A stretch of DNA of 64,000 nt. Source: an uncultured Gammaproteobacteria bacterium (lineage in GTDB: Bacteria; Patescibacteriota; Microgenomatia; JAMCZE01). Every line of letters starts with the position of its first letter. Within the stretch, counting starts at the first letter, position 1. Where the stretch lies: contig CAZNUP010000002.1 in the NCBI GenBank assembly GCA_964576435.1, positions 183,182-247,181 on the forward strand, given 5' to 3'. Shown piece by piece: positions 29,096 through 38,865 of the stretch. The notes below the pieces were generated by a model. The model was not told the origin of the DNA, searched no databases, and saw nothing but the letters and a program-made list of their open reading frames with translations. The position numbers and the translations under genes were made by a program.

Positions 29096-30205
29096 ATGGA
29101 AAAAATTTCGAGAAGAGATTTTTTGAAAATAGCTGCTACAGTATTTGAAGGGGCTTTAGTGCTCCCGTTAGTAGCTTGTGGACCCTCACTTAACAATTCT
29201 GAATGTCCCGCGAATTTTACAGATGGGCTAAATGAGTTCATGGCTGATTTGGCGAAATCTAAAAAAATAGGGCTGCCCGAACTGAAAAAAAGGATATCGA
29301 ATCAATTTCCTTCGCAAAACTCTGTATTACTTATGGGTGAATCGCATCAAGATGAAAAGCAAGAAGCAATTGCTAAAGAAATTATTGGCGGACTGATATC
29401 TTCAAAAAAAATTGGGCAAATGTTTTACGAAACTGATCTTTTCTGGCAACACGAGACTATTGATCCATCAGTTAACACTAATGAGTTTAATGCTTGGTCC
29501 TTTCAGGAAATACAGAATATTAATCCGTCTTCTGAGAATGGAGTAGTTTTATATGCAGGTTTTATGCATGTTTACCCGGAATTGCATCAAAAATGGGCAT
29601 ATAATGAAACTGACTCTTTTTATGAATTGACGCAAAAGCCAGAATATAAGACTTTATGGGAACTCTGTAAAAGTAGAGGCGTTAATCCGATGACTTTTTT
29701 AATGATGCGAAGTGACGGAGTATATGTGGATGCTGAACTGGATATCTTAAGAGGAATCCAAGCAGTTGGTTTGCCTGAATTTGAGCGAATTATTGACGCA
29801 AGGAATAGCTTTGAATGCGGTGCTTTATTAGTTGAACAAGATAAGATTTTTGACCTTGGTAATGAAGTTTATATCTATCTTTCGCCAAATATGCATTCGA
29901 AATATGGGGAAGGCCAATTATTGGGAGCGGCCGCTGATATTTCCCGAGCTTTATATAGTCCCTTTTCACCACTTCCAAATATTGATTTAAGGAAATTAAG
30001 ATTTCACAGTGCCATATATATTGGGGGTAGGGATGGATATGGATACCATCAGAATGTTGATTATGTTTTACACCTTATAGACGATGATTATGGCTATGAC
30101 TTTATTTTTCCTTCGAGTGAAAGAGCAACTATGATTTTGGATATTTTCAATATCTTGCAACGGGAATACACGCAGAAGAACATTCGCATAGATCGACCTC
30201 GTTAA
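29096..30205 (+). CDS. Twin-arginine-like putative lipoprotein, ChaN/TraB/EreA-like fold
   Basis: SRRDFLK, LVAC lipobox-like, MGESH, FYE, YAGFMH. Confidence 0.65.
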   Translation: MEKISRRDFLKIAATVFEGALVLPLVACGPSLNNSECPANFTDGLNEFMADLAKSKKIGLPELKKRISNQFPSQNSVLLMGESHQDEKQEAIAKEIIGGLISSKKIGQMFYETDLFWQHETIDPSVNTNEFNAWSFQEIQNINPSSENGVVLYAGFMHVYPELHQKWAYNETDSFYELTQKPEYKTLWELCKSRGVNPMTFLMMRSDGVYVDAELDILRGIQAVGLPEFERIIDARNSFECGALLVEQDKIFDLGNEVYIYLSPNMHSKYGEGQLLGAAADISRALYSPFSPLPNIDLRKLRFHSAIYIGGRDGYGYHQNVDYVLHLIDDDYGYDFIFPSSERATMILDIFNILQREYTQKNIRIDRPR

Positions 30206-30222
30206 TCATACTTATTTGGCTG

Positions 30223-30395
30223 TATAATCTGAGAATGCTTAAGGTAGGAATGCGATTTACGCTTTCCCACAAAATAGATTTCTCCAATTTACGTTCGACT
30301 TCCAACTTCCGAAACCCGCTAAAGAGAGGCTAATAATTGAAAGAGATAAATTAGGTCGAATTGTGCAGTCACAAGTGTCATCGTTAGCGATATAA
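30223..30395 (+). repeat. Copy 2 of duplicated promoter/hairpin/mini-gene element
   Basis: TATAAT 30223, ATG 30235, identical block 30244-30276; -1 frame open to 30395. Confidence 0.9.
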
Positions 30396-30402
30396 TTGTT
30401 TT

Positions 30403-31023
30403 ATGTTGAATCAAGATTTGCCGCAGCCTAAAGAGGGTGAGACTAAAGAAGTTCCGATTATTAAAGATCGTGAGCTTTGTAGTAAGGTTATCGATTTTTT
30501 AGATAAAATGACTGTTATTCTTGTAGATAGTGTTGATGCTGAGGTTAAAATGGGTTCAGAAAATCAACCAGAAATACCAACAAAGTTTGAAACAGTTCTT
30601 GTTGAAGGCAAAGGTTTGAATATACGGGTTGGAGTAGATAGAGATGAAGATATTGCCTGGGATATTCATTTTGGCATTCGTGGAAAAAATAGTCGCAAAG
30701 CAGCAGAGGCAGAAGGTATTACAGTCTATGAGACTTTTCAAACCATGATAGATGATTTGGGAAACCTTAAAACTGTCGTACAAAATAATCCGCAAATAGA
30801 ACCAAGAATGATTGTCAGCCGTACTACAAATGGAACGATGTTTGATTTTGCAAAACGTATTGGCATTATAAAAGGTGTATTGCCATCAGAATATAGGTTC
30901 GAAGGAGACCAAGGAGAAATGGATCCATTGGTTTTTGACAAAGATAGACTGTTTGATCTGATGTATAAAGTGGACAAGAATGTAAGTTATAGAGATAATC
31001 TAAAAGTTATTTTGGGAAAGTGA
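30403..31023 (+). CDS. Hypothetical protein
   Basis: 206-aa ORF; TATAAT 6 nt before the ATG. Confidence 0.7.
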   Translation: MLNQDLPQPKEGETKEVPIIKDRELCSKVIDFLDKMTVILVDSVDAEVKMGSENQPEIPTKFETVLVEGKGLNIRVGVDRDEDIAWDIHFGIRGKNSRKAAEAEGITVYETFQTMIDDLGNLKTVVQNNPQIEPRMIVSRTTNGTMFDFAKRIGIIKGVLPSEYRFEGDQGEMDPLVFDKDRLFDLMYKVDKNVSYRDNLKVILGK

Positions 31024-31029
31024 TGCAAA

Positions 31030-32070
31030 ATGTTAAAAATTGGAATTGTCGGTTTAGCAAATGTTGGAAAGTCTACTTTGTTTAATGCTCTTCTTAGAAG
31101 ACAGCAGGCGATGGTGGCAAATTACCCGTTTGCAACCATTGAGCCAAATATAGGGATTGTGCCAGTTCCTGATCAAAGGTTATCTGATCTTCAAAAGGTA
31201 ATTGGAGAAGGAACTCCAATTGTTCCAGCCACTGTTCAATTTGTAGATATTGCTGGTCTTGTTAAAGGAGCTGCTACTGGAGCTGGTCTTGGAAATAAAT
31301 TTCTGTCACATATTAGGGAAGTGGATATCATTGCTCAGGTGGTTAGAGCATTTCCAGATGAAGACGTAATTCGCGAAGGAAGCACGACTCCACTTGATGA
31401 CATTCAAATTATTAATACTGAACTTATACTTGCTGATCTTCAATCTATTGAAAAAATAGATGCTGCTAAAGAACGTAATCCACATAAAGCTAGTGCTGTT
31501 TTGAAACTTAAAAAAGAACTGGACGGCGGAAAACTTGCTAGAGATGTTTCATTGACTCCTGAAGAACTTGAAGGAATTAAGGATTTACAGCTTCTAACGA
31601 TGAAGAAGATTATCTACGTGTTCAATGTAAACACGGCTTCTAAATGGGAAGACTTAGCTAACTTACCTCAACCATTTTGTGTGATTGATGCCAAACTTGA
31701 AGCGGAACTAGCTCAACTTGATCCCACTGAACAAGAAGAATATTTGGCAAGTCTTGGAATTAAAGAGTCTGGAGTTGATCAATTTATTCGCTTAGCCTAT
31801 CAAGCACTTGGATTAATTTCTTTCCTAACAGCTGGTGAGAAAGAAGTTAGAGCGTGGCCAATTCCAAATGGGTTCAAAGCACCACAAGCTGCTGGGACAA
31901 TTCATACTGACTTTGAAAAAGGATTTATTAAGGCAGAAGTTGTGGACTTCAAGGATTTTATTGAATCTAAGGGATGGAAAGGGGCACGTGAGGTGGGGAA
32001 AGCAAGGATCGAAGGTAGGGACTATATAATGAAGGATGGGGATGTGGTTGAATTTAGAGTTAATTCTTAG
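31030..32070 (+). CDS. ychF: Redox-regulated ATPase YchF
   Basis: GLANVGKST, NYPFATIEPN, DIAGLV, AAGTIHTDFE. Confidence 0.98.
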   Translation: MLKIGIVGLANVGKSTLFNALLRRQQAMVANYPFATIEPNIGIVPVPDQRLSDLQKVIGEGTPIVPATVQFVDIAGLVKGAATGAGLGNKFLSHIREVDIIAQVVRAFPDEDVIREGSTTPLDDIQIINTELILADLQSIEKIDAAKERNPHKASAVLKLKKELDGGKLARDVSLTPEELEGIKDLQLLTMKKIIYVFNVNTASKWEDLANLPQPFCVIDAKLEAELAQLDPTEQEEYLASLGIKESGVDQFIRLAYQALGLISFLTAGEKEVRAWPIPNGFKAPQAAGTIHTDFEKGFIKAEVVDFKDFIESKGWKGAREVGKARIEGRDYIMKDGDVVEFRVNS

Positions 32071-32129
32071 CCTAGTTAGGCCTAGTTGTTGCGATTATCA
32101 GGTATTGTTGCTAAAATAGGGGACAAGAC

Positions 32130-32414
32130 ATGAGAGAATATGAACTTACAGTTTTAGTTGACGGGAAATTGGACGAAAAGACAGTTTCCAAAGTTGTTAA
32201 AGATTTAAGTGAGCTTTTAACTAAAGTTAAGGCCAAAATCAAATCCAAGACAGATCCAGCTAAAAAACAAATGGCTTACGAAATCGAAGGAACTCGAGAA
32301 GCTTACTATTTGTTTTTTGATTTAGAACTGGACCCAGCAACTGTACTTGAAGTTGATGCTAAAGTTAAACTCATTGATAATGTGATTAGGTATTTATTAG
32401 TCAAAAAGAATTAA
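32130..32414 (+). CDS. rpsF: 30S ribosomal protein S6
   Basis: MREYEL, MAYEI, VIRYLLV; rpsF-ssb-rpsR order. Confidence 0.95.
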   Translation: MREYELTVLVDGKLDEKTVSKVVKDLSELLTKVKAKIKSKTDPAKKQMAYEIEGTREAYYLFFDLELDPATVLEVDAKVKLIDNVIRYLLVKKN

Positions 32415-32939
32415 ATGGCATCTAAGTCCCTAAACAAAGTTACATTGATTGGAAACGTTACTAGAGATCCTGAACTTAGATATACACCACAGGGAAATGC
32501 AGTTGCTACATTTGGACTTGCAACTAATAGACAATGGAAAACAGAATCAGGTGAAATTCGCGAAGATGCTGAATTTCACAGACTCGTTGCTTGGAACAAG
32601 TTGGCTGAACTTTGTAGCCAACTTATTACAAAAGGAAGAAAGATTTATGTTGAAGGGAGACTTCAAACAAGAAGTTTCACTGGAAGCGACAATGCTCAAC
32701 ACACAATCACTGAAATTGTGATTGACGACATGATTCTTTTGGACTCAAAGTTTGGAGGGCAAGGTCAAAGACCAGCAACAGAAGCTGTAACACCTGAAAT
32801 TGCAGCAACTGAAGAAGTGCAAGGCGTTCAAGAGGAAGTACCAGCGGAACCAAAAGCAACTAAGGGAAAGAAGAAAACTGAAGAAGAAGATGCTAAACCA
32901 AATAATGAAAACGTCGATATCGGAGATATACCATTTTAA
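32415..32939 (+). CDS. ssb: Single-stranded DNA-binding protein
   Basis: [17 protein letters not shown]-terminal DIPF. Confidence 0.98.
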   Translation: MASKSLNKVTLIGNVTRDPELRYTPQGNAVATFGLATNRQWKTESGEIREDAEFHRLVAWNKLAELCSQLITKGRKIYVEGRLQTRSFTGSDNAQHTITEIVIDDMILLDSKFGGQGQRPATEAVTPEIAATEEVQGVQEEVPAEPKATKGKKKTEEEDAKPNNENVDIGDIPF

Positions 32940-32944
32940 ATAAT

Positions 32945-33178
32945 ATGTTTAGAAAACCTTTTAAACCAAAACCAGTAAAAGAAAATTGTCCTTTCTGCAA
33001 AGAGGATAGGGTTCCTGATTATAAGAATTTTGAGGAACTTAGAAAATATGTCTCTGAACGCGGCAAGATTATTGGAAGAGCACGATCTGGAATTTGTGCT
33101 AAACACCAAAGAGATCTGGCTGTTGAAATCAAAAAAGCTAGACATATTGCTACGCTTCCATTTGTTTCAGGATTATGA
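32945..33178 (+). CDS. rpsR: 30S ribosomal protein S18 (zinc-type)
   Basis: CPFC, DYKN, SERGKI, CAKHQR. Confidence 0.96.
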   Translation: MFRKPFKPKPVKENCPFCKEDRVPDYKNFEELRKYVSERGKIIGRARSGICAKHQRDLAVEIKKARHIATLPFVSGL

Positions 33179-33435
33179 GAATAACAACACCAAAAATTGT
33201 ATCTGCTACTGAAATTGGGGGCATTTTTTCTTTAAATGGAGAAGAAATTAAAAAAATGGGTGGAGCAGAGATAGCGGCGCATGTGCTTACAATGAAAGGT
33301 TACATTTTTATATGTCAGGACCTTCAAGAGGGAAGTGCAAAGTTCATACCTATGTCAGATGGAAACCAAGATAGGCTGCATCAGGCAATAAAAACCTTCG
33401 AACATTATGGTGTGTCAATCGAGAGAAAGACCTAA
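33175..33435 (+). CDS. Hypothetical protein
   Basis: 86-aa ORF overlapping the rpsR stop. Confidence 0.55.
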   Translation: MRITTPKIVSATEIGGIFSLNGEEIKKMGGAEIAAHVLTMKGYIFICQDLQEGSAKFIPMSDGNQDRLHQAIKTFEHYGVSIERKT

Positions 33436-33480
33436 TACTTCTTTGAATTAACTTATTCATCTGTTACTATTACCACTGAA

Positions 33481-33855
33481 ATGGTTTCATATCAAAACAT
33501 CTCCCGTTGGTTAACTTTTAAAATGGATCCGGTTTCAATTGAAGATTGGGTAGCTAATCGTGAACTTTTTGGTCCCGTTCACAAACCTTCCAAAGAAGAT
33601 GAAGAACTTGAAAAAGCTTATTCCATTGAAAGTGGTAACGAAATTAGTGAACTTCTACTTTTCAAAATCGAAGACAAAGCCCTTGATCTTGAGGTAACTG
33701 ACTATGAAGGAAAAGTTAAGAAGATGAAAGTTGATAAAGGGGATTTTTTAACAATTAGCCCAAATGGAGGGAATATTAAACTTCGAATTCGTGGCAAGAA
33801 TGAAACAACCTGGGAAGGTGGAGGTAAACAAAAAATTGTAATTGAAGCTGTATGA
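33481..33855 (+). CDS. Hypothetical protein
   Basis: ORF coupled to the next gene (alternative start 33523). Confidence 0.65.
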   Translation: MVSYQNISRWLTFKMDPVSIEDWVANRELFGPVHKPSKEDEELEKAYSIESGNEISELLLFKIEDKALDLEVTDYEGKVKKMKVDKGDFLTISPNGGNIKLRIRGKNETTWEGGGKQKIVIEAV

Positions 33856-34214
33856 TTTTAAATTCAAAAATTGGTTTTGGTGGAGGAGCTAACGGGGAAA
33901 TTGTTGTACTTCCTGAGGATGTTAAAACAGAGGATCTTACTATGGATCTAGCAGGCAAAGTTTTAATATTTTTAACCTCTCCTTCAAAAGAGATCTTAGA
34001 AAAAACTAGGTTTCTTGGAGTTAGTGGGGTAGTTGTCCCTGAAATGCATTTTAGAGACTTTGAATATTTCAAAGAGATGGGAGAGTTTGTTATTATAGTT
34101 CTTCAAAGGTTTGGAGTAGGTCCACTTGAAAAGGAACTTAAAGATAAACTTTCTAAATTATCTGGTAAGAAGGGTGAAGTTAATGGAGAGCAACATGAAA
34201 TTAAAATCGGTTAG
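33852..34214 (+). CDS. Hypothetical protein, swivelling-domain-like
   Basis: GFGGGANGEI...GKVLI...GVSGVVV pattern. Confidence 0.65.
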   Translation: MILNSKIGFGGGANGEIVVLPEDVKTEDLTMDLAGKVLIFLTSPSKEILEKTRFLGVSGVVVPEMHFRDFEYFKEMGEFVIIVLQRFGVGPLEKELKDKLSKLSGKKGEVNGEQHEIKIG

Positions 34215-35403
34215 GAATATAGTTTTGATTTTGGTTTTAGTCCTCATTTCTGGATGGGTTGGGTATTCAATTGGGACAAAAAATACCATTCCAATGACGA
34301 CAAGTGGAGGGAAGGCGGACCTAACTTTATTTTGGACAGTTTGGAATGAAATTAGTCAAAAATATGTAGACAAATCTAAAGTTGATTCCGAAAAGATGGT
34401 TTATGGAGCAATTTCTGGAATGGTGGCTGCTGTTGGAGATCCTTACACTGTATTTTTACCTCCTACTGAAAATAAAGAATCTAAAGAACAGTTAAATGGA
34501 AACTTCCAAGGAATTGGAGCACAACTTGGAATTAAAGATAAAAGGATTGTAGTTATTGCACCCCTTAATGATTCACCAGCTGAAAAAGCAGGAATAATGC
34601 CTGGGGATTGGATTTTAAAAGTTAATGGAAAAGAGACAATGAAATGGACACTTCCTGAAGCGGTTTCTAAAATTCGCGGTCCCAAGGGATCAACAGTTGC
34701 CTTAAATATTTTGCATGAAGGAGACAATGAGCCTAAGGATTATAAGATTATGAGGGATGATATTATTTTAAATAGCGTTGAATGGGAAGTTGTTTCTTCG
34801 ACCAGTTCGGCAGCTCCCAAGAAAGCAATTCACTTGAAACTTATGAGGTTTGGAGACCAGACACAACCTCAATGGGATAAAGCAATTTCTCAAATAAATG
34901 GGTATTTAGCTACTAACTCAGCAAATACAGCTGGAGTCATCTTGGATGTTCGAAATAATCCTGGAGGGTATTTGACTGGTGCAGTTTTTACAGCATCTGA
35001 ATTTTTGCCTAATAACTCAGTAGTTGTTAAACAATCTAGCTATGATGGAAACGTGCAAACATATTCAGTGGATCGTGTGGGAAATATGCTCTCAGTGCCA
35101 CTAGTAGTATTAATTAACAAAGGATCGGCATCAGCATCCGAGATTTTAGCTGGGGCTTTGCAAACTGCAAAAAGGGCAAAGCTTGTTGGTGAACAAAGTT
35201 TTGGAAAGGGAAGCGTCCAACAAGCGGAAGACTTGCCAAATGGAGCTGGACTTCACGTAACAACTGCCAAATGGTTACTTTCAGATGGTAACTGGATTCA
35301 AGGTAAGGGGTTGACACCTGATCTTGAGGCTTTGGGAGCTAGTCAAGAAGCTACACAGGATGGCCAACTTGATGCAGCGATCAAGCTTTTGAATAAAAAG
35401 TAA
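34195..35403 (+). CDS. ctpA: Carboxyl-terminal processing protease (S41)
   Basis: DPYT, PDZ domain, DVRNNPGG, SASASEI, SFGKGSVQ. Confidence 0.95.
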   Translation: MKLKSVRNIVLILVLVLISGWVGYSIGTKNTIPMTTSGGKADLTLFWTVWNEISQKYVDKSKVDSEKMVYGAISGMVAAVGDPYTVFLPPTENKESKEQLNGNFQGIGAQLGIKDKRIVVIAPLNDSPAEKAGIMPGDWILKVNGKETMKWTLPEAVSKIRGPKGSTVALNILHEGDNEPKDYKIMRDDIILNSVEWEVVSSTSSAAPKKAIHLKLMRFGDQTQPQWDKAISQINGYLATNSANTAGVILDVRNNPGGYLTGAVFTASEFLPNNSVVVKQSSYDGNVQTYSVDRVGNMLSVPLVVLINKGSASASEILAGALQTAKRAKLVGEQSFGKGSVQQAEDLPNGAGLHVTTAKWLLSDGNWIQGKGLTPDLEALGASQEATQDGQLDAAIKLLNKK

Positions 35404-35447
35404 ACTTCAGCTTTTTTTCAGCAAATATTCTTACAATCCCTTGTAAT

Positions 35448-36605
35448 ATGGCAAAAAGAGCGTTTATTTTGGGGTCAATAGTTGTAGTCGTCTTACTTCT
35501 CATTGTTGGGAGTGAACGATTTAAACTTAGCGCCGACCAACTTCCACAAGTCCTTAGGATAACTGGACCTAATGTTGGGGAATCTACGACGCAACCACTT
35601 GAGAACACCAAAGTAGTTTCTGAGGAGTCGTTAACTATCGATGTTGTTAAGAGGGTGTCACCATCTGTTGTAACAGTGGGAATTACAAAAACACAGGCTC
35701 CGGTCCAACAGAGTTTTGGTTTTTTTAGTTTACAAGATGAACAGCAAGAACCACGAGAAATTAAACAAGACATTGGGTCAGGATTTATTGTTAAAGAGGA
35801 TGGCCTAATCATCACAAATAGACATGTAGTTTCTGATACTGATGCTAAATATCGGGTAATTACATCGGATAATAAAAGCTATGATGTTCAGAAGATTTAC
35901 CGGGATCCAACAAACGATCTTGCAATCTTAAAGATTAATGCCAAATCTTTACCAGTTGTTGAACTGGGGGATTCGGAAAAACTTCAAGTTGGGCAATTTG
36001 CTCTCGCAATTGGAACTGCACTCGGAGAATTTAGAAGTACTGTAACAACTGGTGTTGTTTCCGGGCTCTCAAGGGGGATTACTGCCGGATCTCCCTTTGA
36101 GGGCTCAGAGAAACTGGAGAATGTGATTCAAACATCTGCTCCAATTAATCCCGGAAATTCCGGGGGTCCGCTACTTAATTCAGCGGGACAAGTGATTGGA
36201 GTTAATGTAGCGGTTGCTCAAGAAGCTGATAATATTGGTTTTGCACTGCCAATTAATCTTCTTAAGGATTCTCTTAAGACATTTGAATCAAATGGAGCAT
36301 TTGCGCCAAGAGCGTATTTGGGAGTTTCTTATCAAATGGTAACAAGGGATCTTGCTGTTTTAAATGAAATTCCTGAGGGAGCTTTTGTTCAGGATGTTGG
36401 GGAAGATACACCAGCTGGGAAAGCCGGAGTTGTGAGAGGGGATATAATTACAAAAATTGATGGAACACAACTTCGTGATACTGAAGGTGGGCTGGCTAAG
36501 GTAATTGCTTCGAAAAAACCAGGCCAGACAGTTGAACTTACAATTTATACCAATGATGGGGATACAAAGAATATAAAGGTAACACTAAGTGAGTCTGAAC
36601 AATAA
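35448..36605 (+). CDS. htrA: HtrA/DegP serine protease with PDZ
   Basis: GSGFI, TNRHVV, INPGNSGGPL. Confidence 0.95.
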   Translation: MAKRAFILGSIVVVVLLLIVGSERFKLSADQLPQVLRITGPNVGESTTQPLENTKVVSEESLTIDVVKRVSPSVVTVGITKTQAPVQQSFGFFSLQDEQQEPREIKQDIGSGFIVKEDGLIITNRHVVSDTDAKYRVITSDNKSYDVQKIYRDPTNDLAILKINAKSLPVVELGDSEKLQVGQFALAIGTALGEFRSTVTTGVVSGLSRGITAGSPFEGSEKLENVIQTSAPINPGNSGGPLLNSAGQVIGVNVAVAQEADNIGFALPINLLKDSLKTFESNGAFAPRAYLGVSYQMVTRDLAVLNEIPEGAFVQDVGEDTPAGKAGVVRGDIITKIDGTQLRDTEGGLAKVIASKKPGQTVELTIYTNDGDTKNIKVTLSESEQ

Positions 36606-36609
36606 AAAC

Positions 36610-37104
36610 TTACTCCTGAAAACCCGGTCTGTCTTGAGGAAATTGCCTAATTTTTATTAGGGCGTCTGCTACAATTGGTGCATCTCTTCGGAAAAAACCT
36701 GAAATCTCTACAAAACTTACACCTCTAGCTGTGAGGTCAGCTTCAGTTATATCGTAAGATTTCAGTGTCGACAAAATGTCGTATCGTGCGTTGGTATTGT
36801 AAATAAATGGTAAAATTCTGTTTTCTGTAAGTATTAGTCTTCTTGCTAACTTGCAATAGACTTCAAAGCTTTGCTCATATGTTGTGGGAAGTAAGAAAAG
36901 GTCTGCGATTAAAAGCGTTTTGTCATTATGTACACCTTCAAAATAGGTTGCTCCCATTCTAGGTGTGGAATCAACTTGAATGCCTGTCAACTCGGCCAAT
37001 TCGGTCATCAATGATGTAAAGTGTCGTGGGCTTGTAAATGCTGTTCCCACAGTGACATCTTTTAGAGAGGAATACCTTTCTCCCGCTGAAGATGGATTAA
37101 GCAT
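36610..37104 (-). CDS. Hypothetical protein
   Basis: 164-aa ORF; TATAAT shortly before the ATG. Confidence 0.6.
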   Translation of the reverse strand: MLNPSSAGERYSSLKDVTVGTAFTSPRHFTSLMTELAELTGIQVDSTPRMGATYFEGVHNDKTLLIADLFLLPTTYEQSFEVYCKLARRLILTENRILPFIYNTNARYDILSTLKSYDITEADLTARGVSFVEISGFFRRDAPIVADALIKIRQFPQDRPGFQE

Positions 37105-37112
37105 TTACCCTA

Positions 37113-38021
37113 TTATAGTAGTCTAAATTTGTTTTGCAACTCTGAAACTATTTCATCCATTTTTCCTTCCATAATCGCTTGGATATTGTGAAAGTTTTCG
37201 TCTAACCTGTGATCTGTCACTCTGTCCTGGAGGAAGTTATAGGTGCGGATTTTTTCGTTTCTCATACCTGTTCCTACTTGGGAGAGTCTATCTGCTGAGA
37301 GTTCAGCGGCTTGTCTTTCTTCCTCTCTTTCCCAAAGAAGGGTGCGAAGTTTCTTCATTGCTTTTTCTCTGTTTTTTGGTTGATCACGTTCATCTTGGCA
37401 GGTAACTACTATTCCACTTGGAATGTGAGTCAGTCTAACAGCTGAGCTAACTTTGTTGACGTTTTGACCGCCGTGGCCTCCGGCTCTATAGAAGTCTTCT
37501 TGGATTTCTGAGGGATCGATATGAATATCAAAATCTTCTAGCTCTGGTAAAACAGCTACTGTTGCAGTTGATGTGTGGACACGGCCGGCTGATTCAGTCT
37601 CAGGGACTCTTTGAACGCGGTGGACTCCAGATTCATACTTTAGTTTGCTGTAAGCACCCTTACCTCTTATTGTGATCATGGATTCACCTTGAGCTACCTT
37701 CCAACCTTGTGTGGCTGCATAGCGAGAATACATTCTTAGTAGGTCTTCTCCCCACATTTTGGCTTCTTCGCCGCCTGCGGCGCCACGAATTTCAACAATG
37801 ACATTTCTTCCGTTCCACTTGGCATCAGGATCTCCTGGATCTGAAGAAGCTTGTGTTTGGGGAGTGGTGGAGTTTATTAGAAGATTTTTTTCTTCTTCAA
37901 GTCTTTTGATTTCTTCTTTGGCCATTTCTGCCATAGAGGGGTCAGAAGCAAGGCTTTGTGCTTCACTAATTTTATTATCCAAATCAGCGATTTGGGGTTT
38001 TAGGTAGTCAGGAATGTCCAT
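37113..38021 (-). CDS. prfA: Peptide chain release factor 1 (short N-domain)
   Basis: VQRVPET (PxT), GGHGGQNVN; follows rpmE. Confidence 0.95.
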   Translation of the reverse strand: MDIPDYLKPQIADLDNKISEAQSLASDPSMAEMAKEEIKRLEEEKNLLINSTTPQTQASSDPGDPDAKWNGRNVIVEIRGAAGGEEAKMWGEDLLRMYSRYAATQGWKVAQGESMITIRGKGAYSKLKYESGVHRVQRVPETESAGRVHTSTATVAVLPELEDFDIHIDPSEIQEDFYRAGGHGGQNVNKVSSAVRLTHIPSGIVVTCQDERDQPKNREKAMKKLRTLLWEREEERQAAELSADRLSQVGTGMRNEKIRTYNFLQDRVTDHRLDENFHNIQAIMEGKMDEIVSELQNKFRLL

Positions 38022-38321
38022 CTACTTAGCTTGTTGAAGCATTTCGCGAAGTGTCTTTGGGCGTCTGTCGTCTTCGTCTTGTTTTTGTTTTTTAGCTTTA
38101 ACTGTCGCTTGTTTAGTAGCTGCAGCTTGTTGCTTTTGTTGGAACCTTTGAACAGTTCCTGCCGTGTCTACAAATCTTTGAGCGCCTGTGTAGAAAGGAT
38201 GGCAGGCAGAGCAGATTTCTACTTTGATTGCATCTTTGGTGGAACCTGTTGTGAAGACATTACCGCAGGCGCAAACTACCTGGATATCTTCAAAATATTG
38301 TGGGTGAATGTTGGTTTTCAT
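38022..38321 (-). CDS. rpmE: 50S ribosomal protein L31
   Basis: [19 protein letters not shown]. Confidence 0.97.
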   Translation of the reverse strand: MKTNIHPQYFEDIQVVCACGNVFTTGSTKDAIKVEICSACHPFYTGAQRFVDTAGTVQRFQQKQQAAATKQATVKAKKQKQDEDDRRPKTLREMLQQAK

Positions 38322-38373
38322 TAACAGTATATTATCACATATCTTGTAATTAATAAAGTCTTATAGTGATATA

Positions 38374-38865
38374 ATGACTGCAATGAATGCTCAAGAAAGT
38401 GAAAATTTTGAGAATAAATTGACTCCGGCTGAGGAGGAGGTTTGCCGCCTTGTGGCCCAGGGTCTGGAAAACAAGGAAATAGCATTTCAGCTTAGAAAAA
38501 ATGCGAAAACTGTGGCGAACCAGATGACCTCAATAATGCAAAAATTAGGTGTTTCTTCTAGAGGCGAGCTTGTGTTGACCAGAGGTGAAATAAAGACAGA
38601 ATATTATTTAGGCTTAATACTGTCGGAAGAATTGAAACTTTCTAATTCAGAAAGAGTTGCGTTCGAAGCTTTAATTGATGGACTTGAACCCAGGGTTGGT
38701 AGGGATATCGCTCTTAGAAGTGATACCAGCCCAAGTCGGATTGCGAATAGATTCCATGGAGTAGGTAATAGATTCAGGCTGGTTACTGGTCGGGATATGA
38801 CACTTGTTGACAAGTTCGGCATAAGTTTGGCTTGCCAAGAAATTTCTAACAGAAAACAAACCTAA
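38374..38865 (+). CDS. LuxR-type HTH protein with a second, degenerate HTH
   Basis: LTPAEEEV...NKEIA...TVANQ...KLGVSSR. Confidence 0.8.
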   Translation: MTAMNAQESENFENKLTPAEEEVCRLVAQGLENKEIAFQLRKNAKTVANQMTSIMQKLGVSSRGELVLTRGEIKTEYYLGLILSEELKLSNSERVAFEALIDGLEPRVGRDIALRSDTSPSRIANRFHGVGNRFRLVTGRDMTLVDKFGISLACQEISNRKQT

